Virus record (IMG/VR): IMGVR_UViG_3300035562_000017
Span: 1 to 36,227 of that record
Direction: 5' to 3' (one strand)
Length of the DNA: 36,227 nucleotides
Source of the DNA: a virus
Lineage: Duplodnaviria; Caudoviricetes
The notes under the pieces were generated by a model that searched no databases, was not told the origin of the DNA, and saw nothing but the letters and a program-made list of their open reading frames with translations. This document shows, in pieces, positions 16,744-25,819 of this stretch (positions are counted from its first letter, which is position 1; each line of letters opens with the position of its first letter). A program made the position numbers and the translations under genes.

Positions 16744-17094
16744 CTATTTCAACAAATAGCCTTCCAGCAGCCAGATTTTTTGCACGGCGTTAGCGCGGGC
16801 GATCTGCATGCCGATTTCTGCGTCGAAGTTCTCCGGGCTAGCGCATGCACTTTCGCCGGTAACGGTGAAGCCATTCCGTAGTACCAATACGCAGAAGGTA
16901 AGCAGGTGTAATGCATCTGGCGTTGCCAGCGGGTATGGGTCATCATGAAAATTATCAGCTGCTGACTTATCGTAACCCTGGGCAGCGGTAAAATAGTGTT
17001 CGCTGGCGATGGTGCTTTCGATATGGTCAGGCGTCACGCGTGGGGCTGTTTTGCCTTTGAGCTGGATTTCTTGCTCGATTTGCTTGTCATTCAT
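16744..17094 (-). CDS. Gp49-family phage protein (possibly truncated by 10 aa)
   Basis: TAPRVTP, LTFCVLVLRNGFTVTGESACASPENFDAEIG, KIWLLEGYLLK; GAGG RBS before ATG 17094. Confidence 0.85.
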   Translation of the reverse strand: MNDKQIEQEIQLKGKTAPRVTPDHIESTIASEHYFTAAQGYDKSAADNFHDDPYPLATPDALHLLTFCVLVLRNGFTVTGESACASPENFDAEIGMQIARANAVQKIWLLEGYLLK

Positions 17095-17109
17095 GGCTGA
17101 TTCCTCGTT

Positions 17110-17134
17110 AAAAAAATGCCCGCGCAAGGCGGGC
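17110..17134 (-). terminator. Intrinsic terminator directly upstream of the Gp49-family RBS
   Basis: Minus strand GCCCGC-CTTGC-GCGGGC-A-T7. Confidence 0.8.
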
Positions 17135-17342
17135 TAAGTGCTACACACAGCTTTAGGGTGATAACGGTTTGGCACAACGGTAAGAGTACTGGCCGGAAGT
17201 TCCCCATTTACGCCTCGTTTAAAGCTGGGCCTCTCTACCAGCTCACCGATACTCTTACCTGTTGAATCATCGAGAGCACCGATACCAGCTTTATACTGTG
17301 TAAAAGTTTAAAGTTCTGGCTCGGCTTATGCCCTCAATGATT
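17110..17342 (-). ncRNA. Candidate structured leader RNA or sRNA
   Basis: Two adjacent long stems (17342-17265; 17264-17175); G-U pairs in the first work only on the minus strand; bounded by promoter and terminator. Confidence 0.55.
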
Positions 17343-17377
17343 ACCATAAAGGTAATTTGTTTTGATTATTACGTCAA
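17341..17377 (-). promoter_or_regulatory. Leftward promoter with operator
   Basis: TTGACG (17377-17372)-N17-TACCTT (17354-17349); operator TTACCATAAAGGTAA 17341-17355 overlaps the -10. Confidence 0.72.
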
Positions 17378-17438
17378 CAAAATAGTCAAAATAAACATCA
17401 TATGGTTTAATTGGTAATTATTTTGGAGGGTTACGCGC

Positions 17439-17642
17439 ATGTGCATGAGTTCGCCAAAGGTTTCATCAGCACCACAGGTGCAAGCTGCGCCACAAGCGCA
17501 GGACGCTGCTGTCGTTGATGCTTCCGACAAGGACAAAGCCCGACGCCGCGCAGCAGCCGGTCAGCAGTCCACGATACTCACCGGTGCGCAAGGCGCGACC
17601 GGGCAGGCCAGCACCACCGGCAAAACTCTGTTGGGTGGCTAA
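17439..17642 (+). CDS. Small pre-portal virion-associated protein
   Basis: MC start, STILTGAQG and GKTLLGG end, typical of the gene before the portal in epsilon15/BPP-1-like phages. Confidence 0.8.
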   Translation: MCMSSPKVSSAPQVQAAPQAQDAAVVDASDKDKARRRAAAGQQSTILTGAQGATGQASTTGKTLLGG

Positions 17643-17644
17643 TC

Positions 17645-19330
17645 ATGGCTGAACAGGAAACCCGCAAGCAGTTTCTGCAGAAGCAGTTATCGCAGCTTAT
17701 TACTGCGCGTTCGTCTTATGACTCGCACTGGAAAGAGCTGAGTGATTTCATCCTGCCTAACTGTGGGCGCTTCCTGACCACTGACGCCGGGCGCAATAAG
17801 CGCAATACCAAGGTTGTTGACCCTACAGGCGGCCTTGCTTCACGCACCCTCGAATCCGGCATGCTGTCCGGCATCACCAGCCCGACCCGTCCGTGGTTCT
17901 CACTGAACACGCCGAACAAACAGTTGATGGATAGCTGGCCAGTCAAGATGTGGCTCTCTCAGGTCGTTGAACTGATGAACGACGTGATGAACAAATCGAA
18001 CTGGTACCAGTCTCTGACTGTTCTCTATCGCTACCTGGGCACGTTTGCCACGGGTGCTATTTCCATCTTGGAAGATGACGAAGACGTGATCCGCACGCAC
18101 GTGCTGCCGATTGGGAGCTACTACATCTCGAACAGCGATCGCCTGCAGGTTGATACCGTTTTCCGCAAGTTCTCCATGACCTGCCGCCAGTTAGTGGCCA
18201 AGTTCGGTATGGATAACGTCAGCGACAGCGTTAAATCTGCATGGGATACCGGCGCATATGAAACGTGGTTCGAGGTGGTTCATGCGGTATTGCCGAACAC
18301 TAACCGCGACACCGGCAAGCTGAATTCGAAGAACAAACGTTACAGCTCTGTTTATTACGAGTCGGGTGGATCTGGCGACAAGCTACTTAGTGAATCCGGC
18401 TTCGATGAGATGCCGATCCTTGTGCCGCGATGGGACATCAACGGCGAGGACGCATACGGCTCATCATGCCCTGGCATTCTTGCACTTGGCGGCGTGAAGG
18501 CGCTGCAGCTACAGCAGAAGCGGAAAGACCAGGCGATCGACAAGCTGGTAAACCCGCCAATGATGGCGCCAAGTTCCATGAAGAATGAGCGCTTATCTCT
18601 GCTTCCTGGTGACGTTTCCTACTACAGCGGCGCAGGTGATAGCGCAGGCTTTAAGCCGGTATACGAAATTAACCCGCGCATTAGCGAATTGCTGGAGAGC
18701 ATTCAAGACGGGCGCCAGCTCACAAATGAATGCTACTTCGTCCCGCTGTTCAACATGTTCAGCAACATCAACACCCGCAGCATGCCGATCGAGGCCGTCA
18801 ATGAAATGCGCGACGAGAAGATGTTGCAGATCGGGCCGGTGCTCGACCGCCTGAACGATGAGCTGCTCGACCCGGCCATCGATCGAATCTTCAACATCAT
18901 GAACCGTCGCGGCATGTTGCCACCTCCGCCGGAAGAGCTTCAAGGCCAGCCGCTGCGCGTGGAATACACAAGCGTTATGGCTCAGGCCCAGAAAGCCGTT
19001 GGCATTGGTTCTATCGAACGATTCGTTGGCTTTATCGGGAACATGACTGCCGCCGGCTTCCAACAGGCTGCTGACAAACTCGATGTTGACCAGGCTATCG
19101 ATGCCTACGGCGACATGCTCGGCGTGCCTACCACTATCACCAAATCCGATGAGCAGGTGCAGGCAGAGCGCGAGCAACGCGCACAGCAGCAGCAAGCAGC
19201 TCAGAGCCTGCAGATGGGTACTGGAGCCGCAGACATCGCGAAGACACTCAGCCAGGCAGGAACCGGCGACCCTAACTTGCTGACCAGCATCCAACAGGCC
19301 ATGCAACAAGGCCAAGGGGCGCAGCAATGA
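17645..19330 (+). CDS. Portal protein (head-tail connector)
   Basis: LSGITSPTRPWF, PRW..GEDAYG, EKMLQIGPVLDRL, EYTSVMAQAQK, Gln-rich tail. Confidence 0.95.
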   Translation: MAEQETRKQFLQKQLSQLITARSSYDSHWKELSDFILPNCGRFLTTDAGRNKRNTKVVDPTGGLASRTLESGMLSGITSPTRPWFSLNTPNKQLMDSWPVKMWLSQVVELMNDVMNKSNWYQSLTVLYRYLGTFATGAISILEDDEDVIRTHVLPIGSYYISNSDRLQVDTVFRKFSMTCRQLVAKFGMDNVSDSVKSAWDTGAYETWFEVVHAVLPNTNRDTGKLNSKNKRYSSVYYESGGSGDKLLSESGFDEMPILVPRWDINGEDAYGSSCPGILALGGVKALQLQQKRKDQAIDKLVNPPMMAPSSMKNERLSLLPGDVSYYSGAGDSAGFKPVYEINPRISELLESIQDGRQLTNECYFVPLFNMFSNINTRSMPIEAVNEMRDEKMLQIGPVLDRLNDELLDPAIDRIFNIMNRRGMLPPPPEELQGQPLRVEYTSVMAQAQKAVGIGSIERFVGFIGNMTAAGFQQAADKLDVDQAIDAYGDMLGVPTTITKSDEQVQAEREQRAQQQQAAQSLQMGTGAADIAKTLSQAGTGDPNLLTSIQQAMQQGQGAQQ

Positions 19331-19626
19331 TGACTCGCGAGCAGTTGCAGCAACGCCATGCTGACGACGTGAAGCAGGTGATGAGCACCGTGAGTGGCCG
19401 CCGATTTGTGTGGGGGCTATTAACTCAGGCCGGTGTATTTCAAACCACGTTCCGCACCGATACGAATACCACGATGTTTCTTGAAGGGCAGCGCAATGCT
19501 GGCCTGGCTTTATTCAATGACGTGTTCGGCCTTTGCCCGGACTTGTACTTAAAGATGGCCACCGAGGCCGAGAAAGACAGAGAGGCTAACCATGGCAACA
19601 CAACGCCAGAAAGTGATCCGGAATGA
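19327..19626 (+). CDS. Bbp19-like protein
   Basis: DVKQVMST.SGRRFVW, FLEGQRNAGL motif; post-portal position. Confidence 0.8.
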   Translation: MMTREQLQQRHADDVKQVMSTVSGRRFVWGLLTQAGVFQTTFRTDTNTTMFLEGQRNAGLALFNDVFGLCPDLYLKMATEAEKDREANHGNTTPESDPE

Positions 19627-19858
19627 CGGCGGCGTACAAGTCGTTGAGGTATTGAGCGGCGGCGGTTCGTCCGTGGCATGGGGTGACATTACCGGCAAGC
19701 CATCCACGTTTGCACCTGTTGCCGCAACAGCATCTGTAACTGGTGGCGTTAAGCAGGCTGCAACTCAGGCCAACTCAACCGCAACAGATGCTGCTGGCGT
19801 CGTTGCAGATTTAAACGCTCTGCTGGCCAAGCTTAAGGCCGCAGGGATTATGGCTTAA
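19592..19858 (+). CDS. Head fibre / decoration protein
   Basis: WGDITGKPSTF repeat unit, GGVKQAA, DLNALLAKLKAAGIM C-terminus. Confidence 0.72.
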   Translation: MATQRQKVIRNDGGVQVVEVLSGGGSSVAWGDITGKPSTFAPVAATASVTGGVKQAATQANSTATDAAGVVADLNALLAKLKAAGIMA

Positions 19859-19867
19859 GAGGCGCAC

Positions 19868-20560
19868 ATGAACTTGTTCGAACGTTTGATCTATCGCCGC
19901 CTGTGCAATGAGGCATCTCCTGAAGGTGGTGATGGTGGTGCAGCTCCGGCGGCAACTGATGCGCCTGCTAGTGATGCTGCGTCACCTGATGCAACCAGTG
20001 GCGATAAACCGGCTGGAGAGGAGAAACCGGCCACAGAGAAAACCGCAGACGAACTCGCCGCTGAGAAAGCTGAAAAGGAAACACCTGACAAGCTCAAGAA
20101 GGATGACAGACCAGCGGCGCCGGAAAAATACGAGTTCGCTGCACCTGAAGGCCAGGAGCTGGATGCCAATGCGCTGTCTGTGTTCGAGCCGATCGCCAAA
20201 GAGCTGGGCCTGACGCAAGAGCAGGCTCAGAGGCTGGTCGACATATACCCACAGATCCAGCAGCAACAGGCGGAAGCCTGGAGCAAGCAGATTGCTGATT
20301 GGGGCGAACAGGTCAAAGCCGACAAAGAAATCGGCGGAGATAAGTTCAACGCCAGCGTGGGCGCAGCACAGCGCGCGCTGGATCAATTTGGCAACCCTGA
20401 GTTGCGCGAATACCTGAATGCGAGCGGTCTGGGGAACCACCCGGCGCTGGTTCGCTTCTGTGCAAAAGTCGGCAAGTCGATGGCTGAAGACAGCTTCGTC
20501 ATGCCAAACAACGGCGGTCAGCTTAGCGCGGCCGATGTTCTTTACGGTAATAAGGAGTAA
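19868..20560 (+). CDS. Capsid scaffolding protein
   Basis: Acidic low-complexity N-terminus, APEKYEF, ELGLTQEQAQRLVD, GLGNHPALVR; directly before capsid. Confidence 0.85.
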   Translation: MNLFERLIYRRLCNEASPEGGDGGAAPAATDAPASDAASPDATSGDKPAGEEKPATEKTADELAAEKAEKETPDKLKKDDRPAAPEKYEFAAPEGQELDANALSVFEPIAKELGLTQEQAQRLVDIYPQIQQQQAEAWSKQIADWGEQVKADKEIGGDKFNASVGAAQRALDQFGNPELREYLNASGLGNHPALVRFCAKVGKSMAEDSFVMPNNGGQLSAADVLYGNKE

Positions 20561-20566
20561 TCAAAC

Positions 20567-21553
20567 ATGGCTATCAAAGGTCAATCCGCGCTGACGCTGG
20601 CAGACTGGGCTAAGCGCGTAGATCAAAATGGCAAGGTCGATAAGATTGTGGAAATTCTCGGCCAAACCAATGAAATCCTCGATGACATGCTGTTTGTCGA
20701 GGGCAACTTGCCAACTGGCCACCGTACTACCATCCGCACCGGCTTACCGTCCGCAACCTGGCGCATGCTGAACTACGGGGTAAAGCAGGGTAAATCAACT
20801 ACCGCGCAGATCACCGATGCTATTGGCATGCTGGAAACCTACTCGGAAATTGATAAATCGCTGGCTGATTTGAACGGCAATACCAGCGAGTTCCGCCTGT
20901 CTGAAGATCAGGCCTTCTTGGAAGGTATGAATCAGAACATGGCCGAAACTGTTTTCTACGGTGATGCAACCATCAATCCACAACGCTTCACTGGGCTTTC
21001 AGCTCGCTATAACGATAAGTCCGCTCGTAACGCGCAGAATATTATCGATGCTGGCGGTACTGGTTCTAACCTTACCTCGATCTGGTTGGTTGTATGGGGC
21101 GCAAACACCGTACATGGCATTTTCCCGAAAGGCCAGAAGGCGGGCATTCATCATGAAGATAAAGGGCAGCAAACACTTATCGATGCTGATGGCGGCAAGT
21201 ACGAAGGCTACCGCACACACTATAAGTGGGACTGTGGCATCAGTGTTCGTGACTGGCGCTACGCGGTGCGTATCTGCAACATCGACACCAGCACTCTGGA
21301 TAGCGACGAGAACGCCGCAAACCTGCTGAAGCTCATCGTCAAAGCGTTCCACCGCATCCCTAACTTAAAACTGGGCAGAGCGGCGCTGTACGGCAACCGT
21401 ACTGTGATGGAATACATCGACGTGCAGGCACTGGAGAAAGCCTCGCTAGCGGTGAAAACCCAGGAAACCGAAGGCATCTTCTGGCAGTCGATCCGCGGCG
21501 TTCCACTGCGTACCTGTGATTCCTTACTGGATACCGAATCTCAGGTTTCCTAA
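20567..21553 (+). CDS. Major capsid protein
   Basis: LTLADWAKR, NEILDDM, TGHRTTIRTGLP, VRDWRYAVRICNID motifs of epsilon15 gp7/BPP-1 capsid. Confidence 0.95.
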   Translation: MAIKGQSALTLADWAKRVDQNGKVDKIVEILGQTNEILDDMLFVEGNLPTGHRTTIRTGLPSATWRMLNYGVKQGKSTTAQITDAIGMLETYSEIDKSLADLNGNTSEFRLSEDQAFLEGMNQNMAETVFYGDATINPQRFTGLSARYNDKSARNAQNIIDAGGTGSNLTSIWLVVWGANTVHGIFPKGQKAGIHHEDKGQQTLIDADGGKYEGYRTHYKWDCGISVRDWRYAVRICNIDTSTLDSDENAANLLKLIVKAFHRIPNLKLGRAALYGNRTVMEYIDVQALEKASLAVKTQETEGIFWQSIRGVPLRTCDSLLDTESQVS

Positions 21554-21561
21554 TCCCGGCT

Positions 21562-21588
21562 GAGCCGCCGGGTGCGGCTCTCCTTTCT
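21562..21588 (+). terminator. Weak terminator after capsid gene
   Basis: GAGCCGC-N5-GCGGCTC followed by TCCTTTCT. Confidence 0.55.
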
Positions 21589-21606
21589 CATTGATGGAGA
21601 GACAAA

Positions 21607-22053
21607 ATGATCCTCGACTATCTCAATATGTTTTCACAGGCGCAGGCTGTTACGGCAACCGCACCATCTACTGATGTTATCGATCTCGGACCACTGTCTG
21701 GCGGTAATGACGTGCGCGACATTGGTCCTGGCTATCCGGTGGAGTTCTTCGCTCAGGTGGCAACCAATGGCGCGGCGGGTGGTTCTGCGACCGTGACAAT
21801 CAGTCTGCAGACTTCAAAAACCAGTGATTTCGCCAGCTCTACCACATTGCTGCAGACCAGCGCGATCGCTGTTGCTGATATGAAGGTTGGCTATCGCTAT
21901 GTCGCTACCGTTCCGCACGGCGTGCAGCGCTACCTGCGCGTTAACTATATCGTTGCAAGCGGTCCGCTTACTGCCGGTGCTTTCACTACTGGCCTGCTGT
22001 TGGATGCAGATGCACAACGCAATTATGCCAGCGGCTTCAAAGTGGGGGGGTGA
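21607..22053 (+). CDS. Bbp16-like capsid cement protein
   Basis: MILD..MFS.AQAVTATA.STDVIDLG...RYLRVNY motifs. Confidence 0.85.
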   Translation: MILDYLNMFSQAQAVTATAPSTDVIDLGPLSGGNDVRDIGPGYPVEFFAQVATNGAAGGSATVTISLQTSKTSDFASSTTLLQTSAIAVADMKVGYRYVATVPHGVQRYLRVNYIVASGPLTAGAFTTGLLLDADAQRNYASGFKVGG

Positions 22054-22054
22054 C

Positions 22055-22354
22055 ATGTCACAACTGAAATTGTACCGCGTCACACGGAAGTCATTCATCA
22101 ACGGTCATCTACTGGAGGAGGGCGAAACTATCGAGTACGGCGGCAAGGCTGGCGACAACCTGCAGCTGATCGGTAGTTCAGGCAATCCGCTGGATGAGTC
22201 CAGCGGTGATGGTGCCGGTGATGATAGCGCCAAGCTGGCAGCACTGCAGCAGCAGTATGAAGAAATCTTTGGCGTTAAGCCGCACCACAAAGCGGGGATC
22301 GCCAAGTTGTCAGATGAAATTGACGCCAAGCGCAAAGAGTTGGGCATCAACTAA
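22055..22354 (+). CDS. Hypothetical virion-module protein
   Basis: Start MSQLKLY; YRVTRKSFINGHL and LQQQYEEIFGVKPHHKAG motifs. Confidence 0.75.
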   Translation: MSQLKLYRVTRKSFINGHLLEEGETIEYGGKAGDNLQLIGSSGNPLDESSGDGAGDDSAKLAALQQQYEEIFGVKPHHKAGIAKLSDEIDAKRKELGIN

Positions 22355-22355
22355 C

Positions 22356-22376
22356 AAAGGGGCTTCGGCCCCTTTT
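22356..22376 (+). terminator. Intrinsic terminator
   Basis: AAAGGGGC-TTCG-GCCCCTTTT with cUUCGg loop. Confidence 0.85.
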
Positions 22377-22392
22377 CTCCCTGGAGTCCTCC

Positions 22393-22716
22393 ATGAAAAC
22401 CGTAAACCTCAAGATCGGCACCGACACATACGAAAGCGAAGGTGGCAAGCCGGAAACGCGTGACGAATACCCGTGGGGACTTCGCTTCACTCTGAACAAT
22501 GACACGCTGGAAAAGCTGGGCATAGAGATTCCAAAGGTTGGCGAGATGCTGACGGTTGGCGGCCTGGCCAAAGTGCTGTCTGTTTCAACGCGCACCGAAG
22601 GTGATAAAGCAGAGAGCAGTGTTGATCTGCAATTCACTGATATTGGTGTAGAGCCAGTGGCCGCACCACAGCGTTCTGCTGCCGACACTCTTTATGGCGA
22701 AGCCGGGGGCGAGTAA
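22393..22716 (+). CDS. Capsid staple protein (epsilon15 gp10-like)
   Basis: MKTVNLK.GTD, YPWGLRFTL, VDLQFTDIG motifs. Confidence 0.85.
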   Translation: MKTVNLKIGTDTYESEGGKPETRDEYPWGLRFTLNNDTLEKLGIEIPKVGEMLTVGGLAKVLSVSTRTEGDKAESSVDLQFTDIGVEPVAAPQRSAADTLYGEAGGE

Positions 22717-23324
22717 TGGCATCTGTTATCCAGATCTGCAACGTGGCGTTGAGCCGCCTTGGTAATAGCCGTGTGATTGCCAGTCTGATGGAAAAGAGCA
22801 AAGAAGCATCGGTGTGCAACCTGTTCTATGAGGATTGTCGCGATGCGGTACTTGCCGACTTCCCTTGGCGCTTTGCCACCAAGCGCGTGGCCCTTGCCGA
22901 TCTGGATATCGAACAGCCTGATTGGCAATACAGCTACCGTTATCCGACAGACTGCATGCGCATTGTTGCCATCGTTTCACCTGATGGCCAGCGCTTCGTC
23001 ACACCAGATCAGCGTGTTCCGTATGAGGTAGGTTCTGATGTTAACGGCACCGGCCGGCTAATACTGACCAATCTTCCAAAGGCGTGGTTGCGCTATGTAT
23101 CGAAAGTTACTGACCCCAATATGTTTGACGCGGAATTCCGCGACGCGCTCGCCTGGCGCTTGGCCGCTGAAATTTCAATGCAGATCACCGGCGACGCGAA
23201 TATGGGGAACCGGGCAGAGCAGAAGTATCAGCTAACCATTTCATCAGCATCAACGCTGAGCATGAACGAAACCCAAGAGCCGCCAGCGCCGTGGTCTGAT
23301 ATTACAGGCGCGAGGATCTCATAA
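22716..23324 (+). CDS. Tail adaptor / tubular protein A
   Basis: ICNVALSRLG, PWRFATKR, FRDALAWRLAAEI motifs. Confidence 0.88.
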   Translation: MASVIQICNVALSRLGNSRVIASLMEKSKEASVCNLFYEDCRDAVLADFPWRFATKRVALADLDIEQPDWQYSYRYPTDCMRIVAIVSPDGQRFVTPDQRVPYEVGSDVNGTGRLILTNLPKAWLRYVSKVTDPNMFDAEFRDALAWRLAAEISMQITGDANMGNRAEQKYQLTISSASTLSMNETQEPPAPWSDITGARIS

Positions 23325-25819
23325 TGACAACCAGCCTTATCCAGCCATCCTTTGCCGGTGGGGAAGTATCGCCAAGCCTTTACGGCCGCGTTGACCTGGA
23401 GAAATACCAGACCTCACTGCGCCGCTGCCGTAACTTCATCGTTCGCCAGTACGGTGGCGTTGAGAATCGCCCAGGCACGCGTTATGTGGCCTCGGCAAAA
23501 TACGCTGATCGCAAATGCCGGTTGATCCCGTTCCAGTTCAATAGCGAGCAAACTTATGTGCTCGAGGTCGGTGATCAATACTTCCGTGTGTTCATGGATG
23601 GTGAGCAGGTTATTTATTCATCAGGCGGCAGCGCTGGCCAACCTGTTGATGTGCCCACTCCGTGGGCGGCTGCCGATATCGACTTGCTGAAATATACGCA
23701 GAGCGCCGACGTGATGACTATTTGTCATCCAAGTTATGCGCCGCTGGAGATACAGCGGTACGCGCACGACGATTGGCGCACCGCTGAGGTATCAACCAAG
23801 GGCGGCCCGTTCAATACAATGAATGTCGATGAGGCGGTAACCGTTTATGCAAGCGGGCTTACCGGGGCTGTGACGCTGACAGCCAGTTCTTCCATTTTCA
23901 AATCATGGCACGTAGGCAACTTGTTCTTTGCAGAACAAAAAAACATTGATAGCACGCCTAAGTGGGAAACGGATAAACCCGTAGCTATCAACGAGTATTG
24001 CCGCTACAGCTACAACTATTATCGCTGCGTTGATGCTGGTCAGAAAGGGACAACAGGCACAGTAGCGCCATCGCATACGGATGGAGCGCAATGGGACGGA
24101 TGGGGGTATGCCGATCAGAATGGCGTGAAATGGCAGTATGTTCACAGCGGCTCGGGGATCCTGCGCATTAACAGCGTATCAACGGATGGGCTAACGGCGG
24201 AGGCCACGGTAATCACCGAATCAGATGGTGTGCAGGAACTGCCTGGGAACATGGTCAATGCCAGCAGCGCAACATACAAGTGGGCGCATTACGCATGGAA
24301 TAGCGATGCTGGCTATCCAGGCACCGTTGTCTACTTCCAGCAGCGCCTTATGTTCGCCGGTTCCCGCAGCCAACCACAGACGATATGGACCAGCCGCAGC
24401 GGTGACTATAAGGACTTCGGCACATCAAACCCTACCGTTGACGACGACGCGATCACGTACACCTACGCCGGAAGGCAACTTAACCAGATCCGCCACCTGA
24501 TCGATGTAGGCTCACTGGTGGCCCTGACCAGTGGCGGGGAATACAAGGTAAACGGGAACCAACAGGGCACGCTAACGCCTTCCGCATTCCAGTTCGCCAG
24601 CCAAGGACAGAACGGCGCCAGCCACGTGCAGCCAATCGCTATCAGTAACGTGGCACTATTCATCCAGCAGAAGGGCGGAGCGGTTCGCGATCTGGCCTAC
24701 TCGTTCGATGTGGACGGTTTCCAGGGTTCTGACCTGACTATTCTCGCCAACCATTTCTTTGTTGGTTTCCAGATTGTGGATTGGGCCTTCTCAATTACAC
24801 CGCTGTCTGTTGTCTGGTGCACCCGCAATGACGGCGCGCTGCTTGGATTAACCTACATGCGGGATCAGCAGGTTGCCGCCTGGCACCTTCACCCTGGCAC
24901 GGGCAAATATGAATCGCTTTGCAGCATCGCCGAAGACACCGAGGACGCGCTCTATTGCGTGGTAAATCGCACTATTAATGGGCAGCAACGGCGCTATATC
25001 GAGCGCATGCAGAGCCGCCAATACACTGACATGGATGATGCCTTTTTCGTTGACTGTGGCCTGACCTACGACGGCAGAAACCGCGACGCCAGTAAAACCA
25101 TGACTCTGACCGGGGGCACAGGGGACTGGCCATATGATGAAGAAATGATGCTGACGGTTTCCGGTTCCAGCTACTTCATTGCCGGTGATGTAGGTAGTGA
25201 AATCCATTTTCCCTATTTCGAAGACGACGCAAACAAAGTTCTGAAGCTGCTGATCCGCGCCGTGTTAAGCGGCAACCAGGCAACAGTAACCAGCAACCGT
25301 GATGTTCCTAAGCAATTTCGTGGTGTGACTGTCAGCAACTGGAGCATGGCACGCATGACCTTTTCCGGGCTTGAGCACCTCGAAGGGCAGGTTGTCAGCA
25401 TCCTTTCTGATGCCAATGTTGAGCCGCAGAAAGTTGTCACCGGAGGCAGCATCATCCTGGAGAAAGCCGGTTCCGTGGTGCATGCAGGTCTGCCGATCGC
25501 AGCGGTCATTGAAACGCTGGACGTTAACCTGAACGGCAACGAAACCTTACTCGACAAGAAGAAACTCTTTACCAAAGCCTCGCTGTTGGTTAACGAATCA
25601 CGCGGCGTGTTTGCGGCAACGCCAGGTTGTGAGTTCTATGAGTATGCCCAACGAGATGACGAATTTTATGATGAGCCGGTCGATCCGAAGACGGGAACCA
25701 TTGAATTACAATTGGATGCCAACTGGGGCAAGAATGGCCGACTGATTGTCAAACAAGACGATCCGCTACCTATGACCATTCTCGCCGTAATCCCACGTGT
25801 AACCGTAGGGGGCATTTAG
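23324..25819 (+). CDS. Tail nozzle / tubular protein B
   Basis: QPSFAGGEVSP, RPGTRYV, GYPGTVVYFQQRL, PLPMTILAV; 831 aa. Confidence 0.92.
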   Translation: MTTSLIQPSFAGGEVSPSLYGRVDLEKYQTSLRRCRNFIVRQYGGVENRPGTRYVASAKYADRKCRLIPFQFNSEQTYVLEVGDQYFRVFMDGEQVIYSSGGSAGQPVDVPTPWAAADIDLLKYTQSADVMTICHPSYAPLEIQRYAHDDWRTAEVSTKGGPFNTMNVDEAVTVYASGLTGAVTLTASSSIFKSWHVGNLFFAEQKNIDSTPKWETDKPVAINEYCRYSYNYYRCVDAGQKGTTGTVAPSHTDGAQWDGWGYADQNGVKWQYVHSGSGILRINSVSTDGLTAEATVITESDGVQELPGNMVNASSATYKWAHYAWNSDAGYPGTVVYFQQRLMFAGSRSQPQTIWTSRSGDYKDFGTSNPTVDDDAITYTYAGRQLNQIRHLIDVGSLVALTSGGEYKVNGNQQGTLTPSAFQFASQGQNGASHVQPIAISNVALFIQQKGGAVRDLAYSFDVDGFQGSDLTILANHFFVGFQIVDWAFSITPLSVVWCTRNDGALLGLTYMRDQQVAAWHLHPGTGKYESLCSIAEDTEDALYCVVNRTINGQQRRYIERMQSRQYTDMDDAFFVDCGLTYDGRNRDASKTMTLTGGTGDWPYDEEMMLTVSGSSYFIAGDVGSEIHFPYFEDDANKVLKLLIRAVLSGNQATVTSNRDVPKQFRGVTVSNWSMARMTFSGLEHLEGQVVSILSDANVEPQKVVTGGSIILEKAGSVVHAGLPIAAVIETLDVNLNGNETLLDKKKLFTKASLLVNESRGVFAATPGCEFYEYAQRDDEFYDEPVDPKTGTIELQLDANWGKNGRLIVKQDDPLPMTILAVIPRVTVGGI

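Noticed and set aside
17294-17311. TACTGTGT possible SOS box
   Set aside because: Half-site only, no CAG at the required distance; lies in the predicted RNA hairpin
18593-19327. 244-aa minus-strand ORF
   Set aside because: Antisense shadow of the portal gene
22356-22367. AAGGGGCTTCG resembling the origin iteron
   Set aside because: Fully explained as the stem and UUCG loop of a terminator
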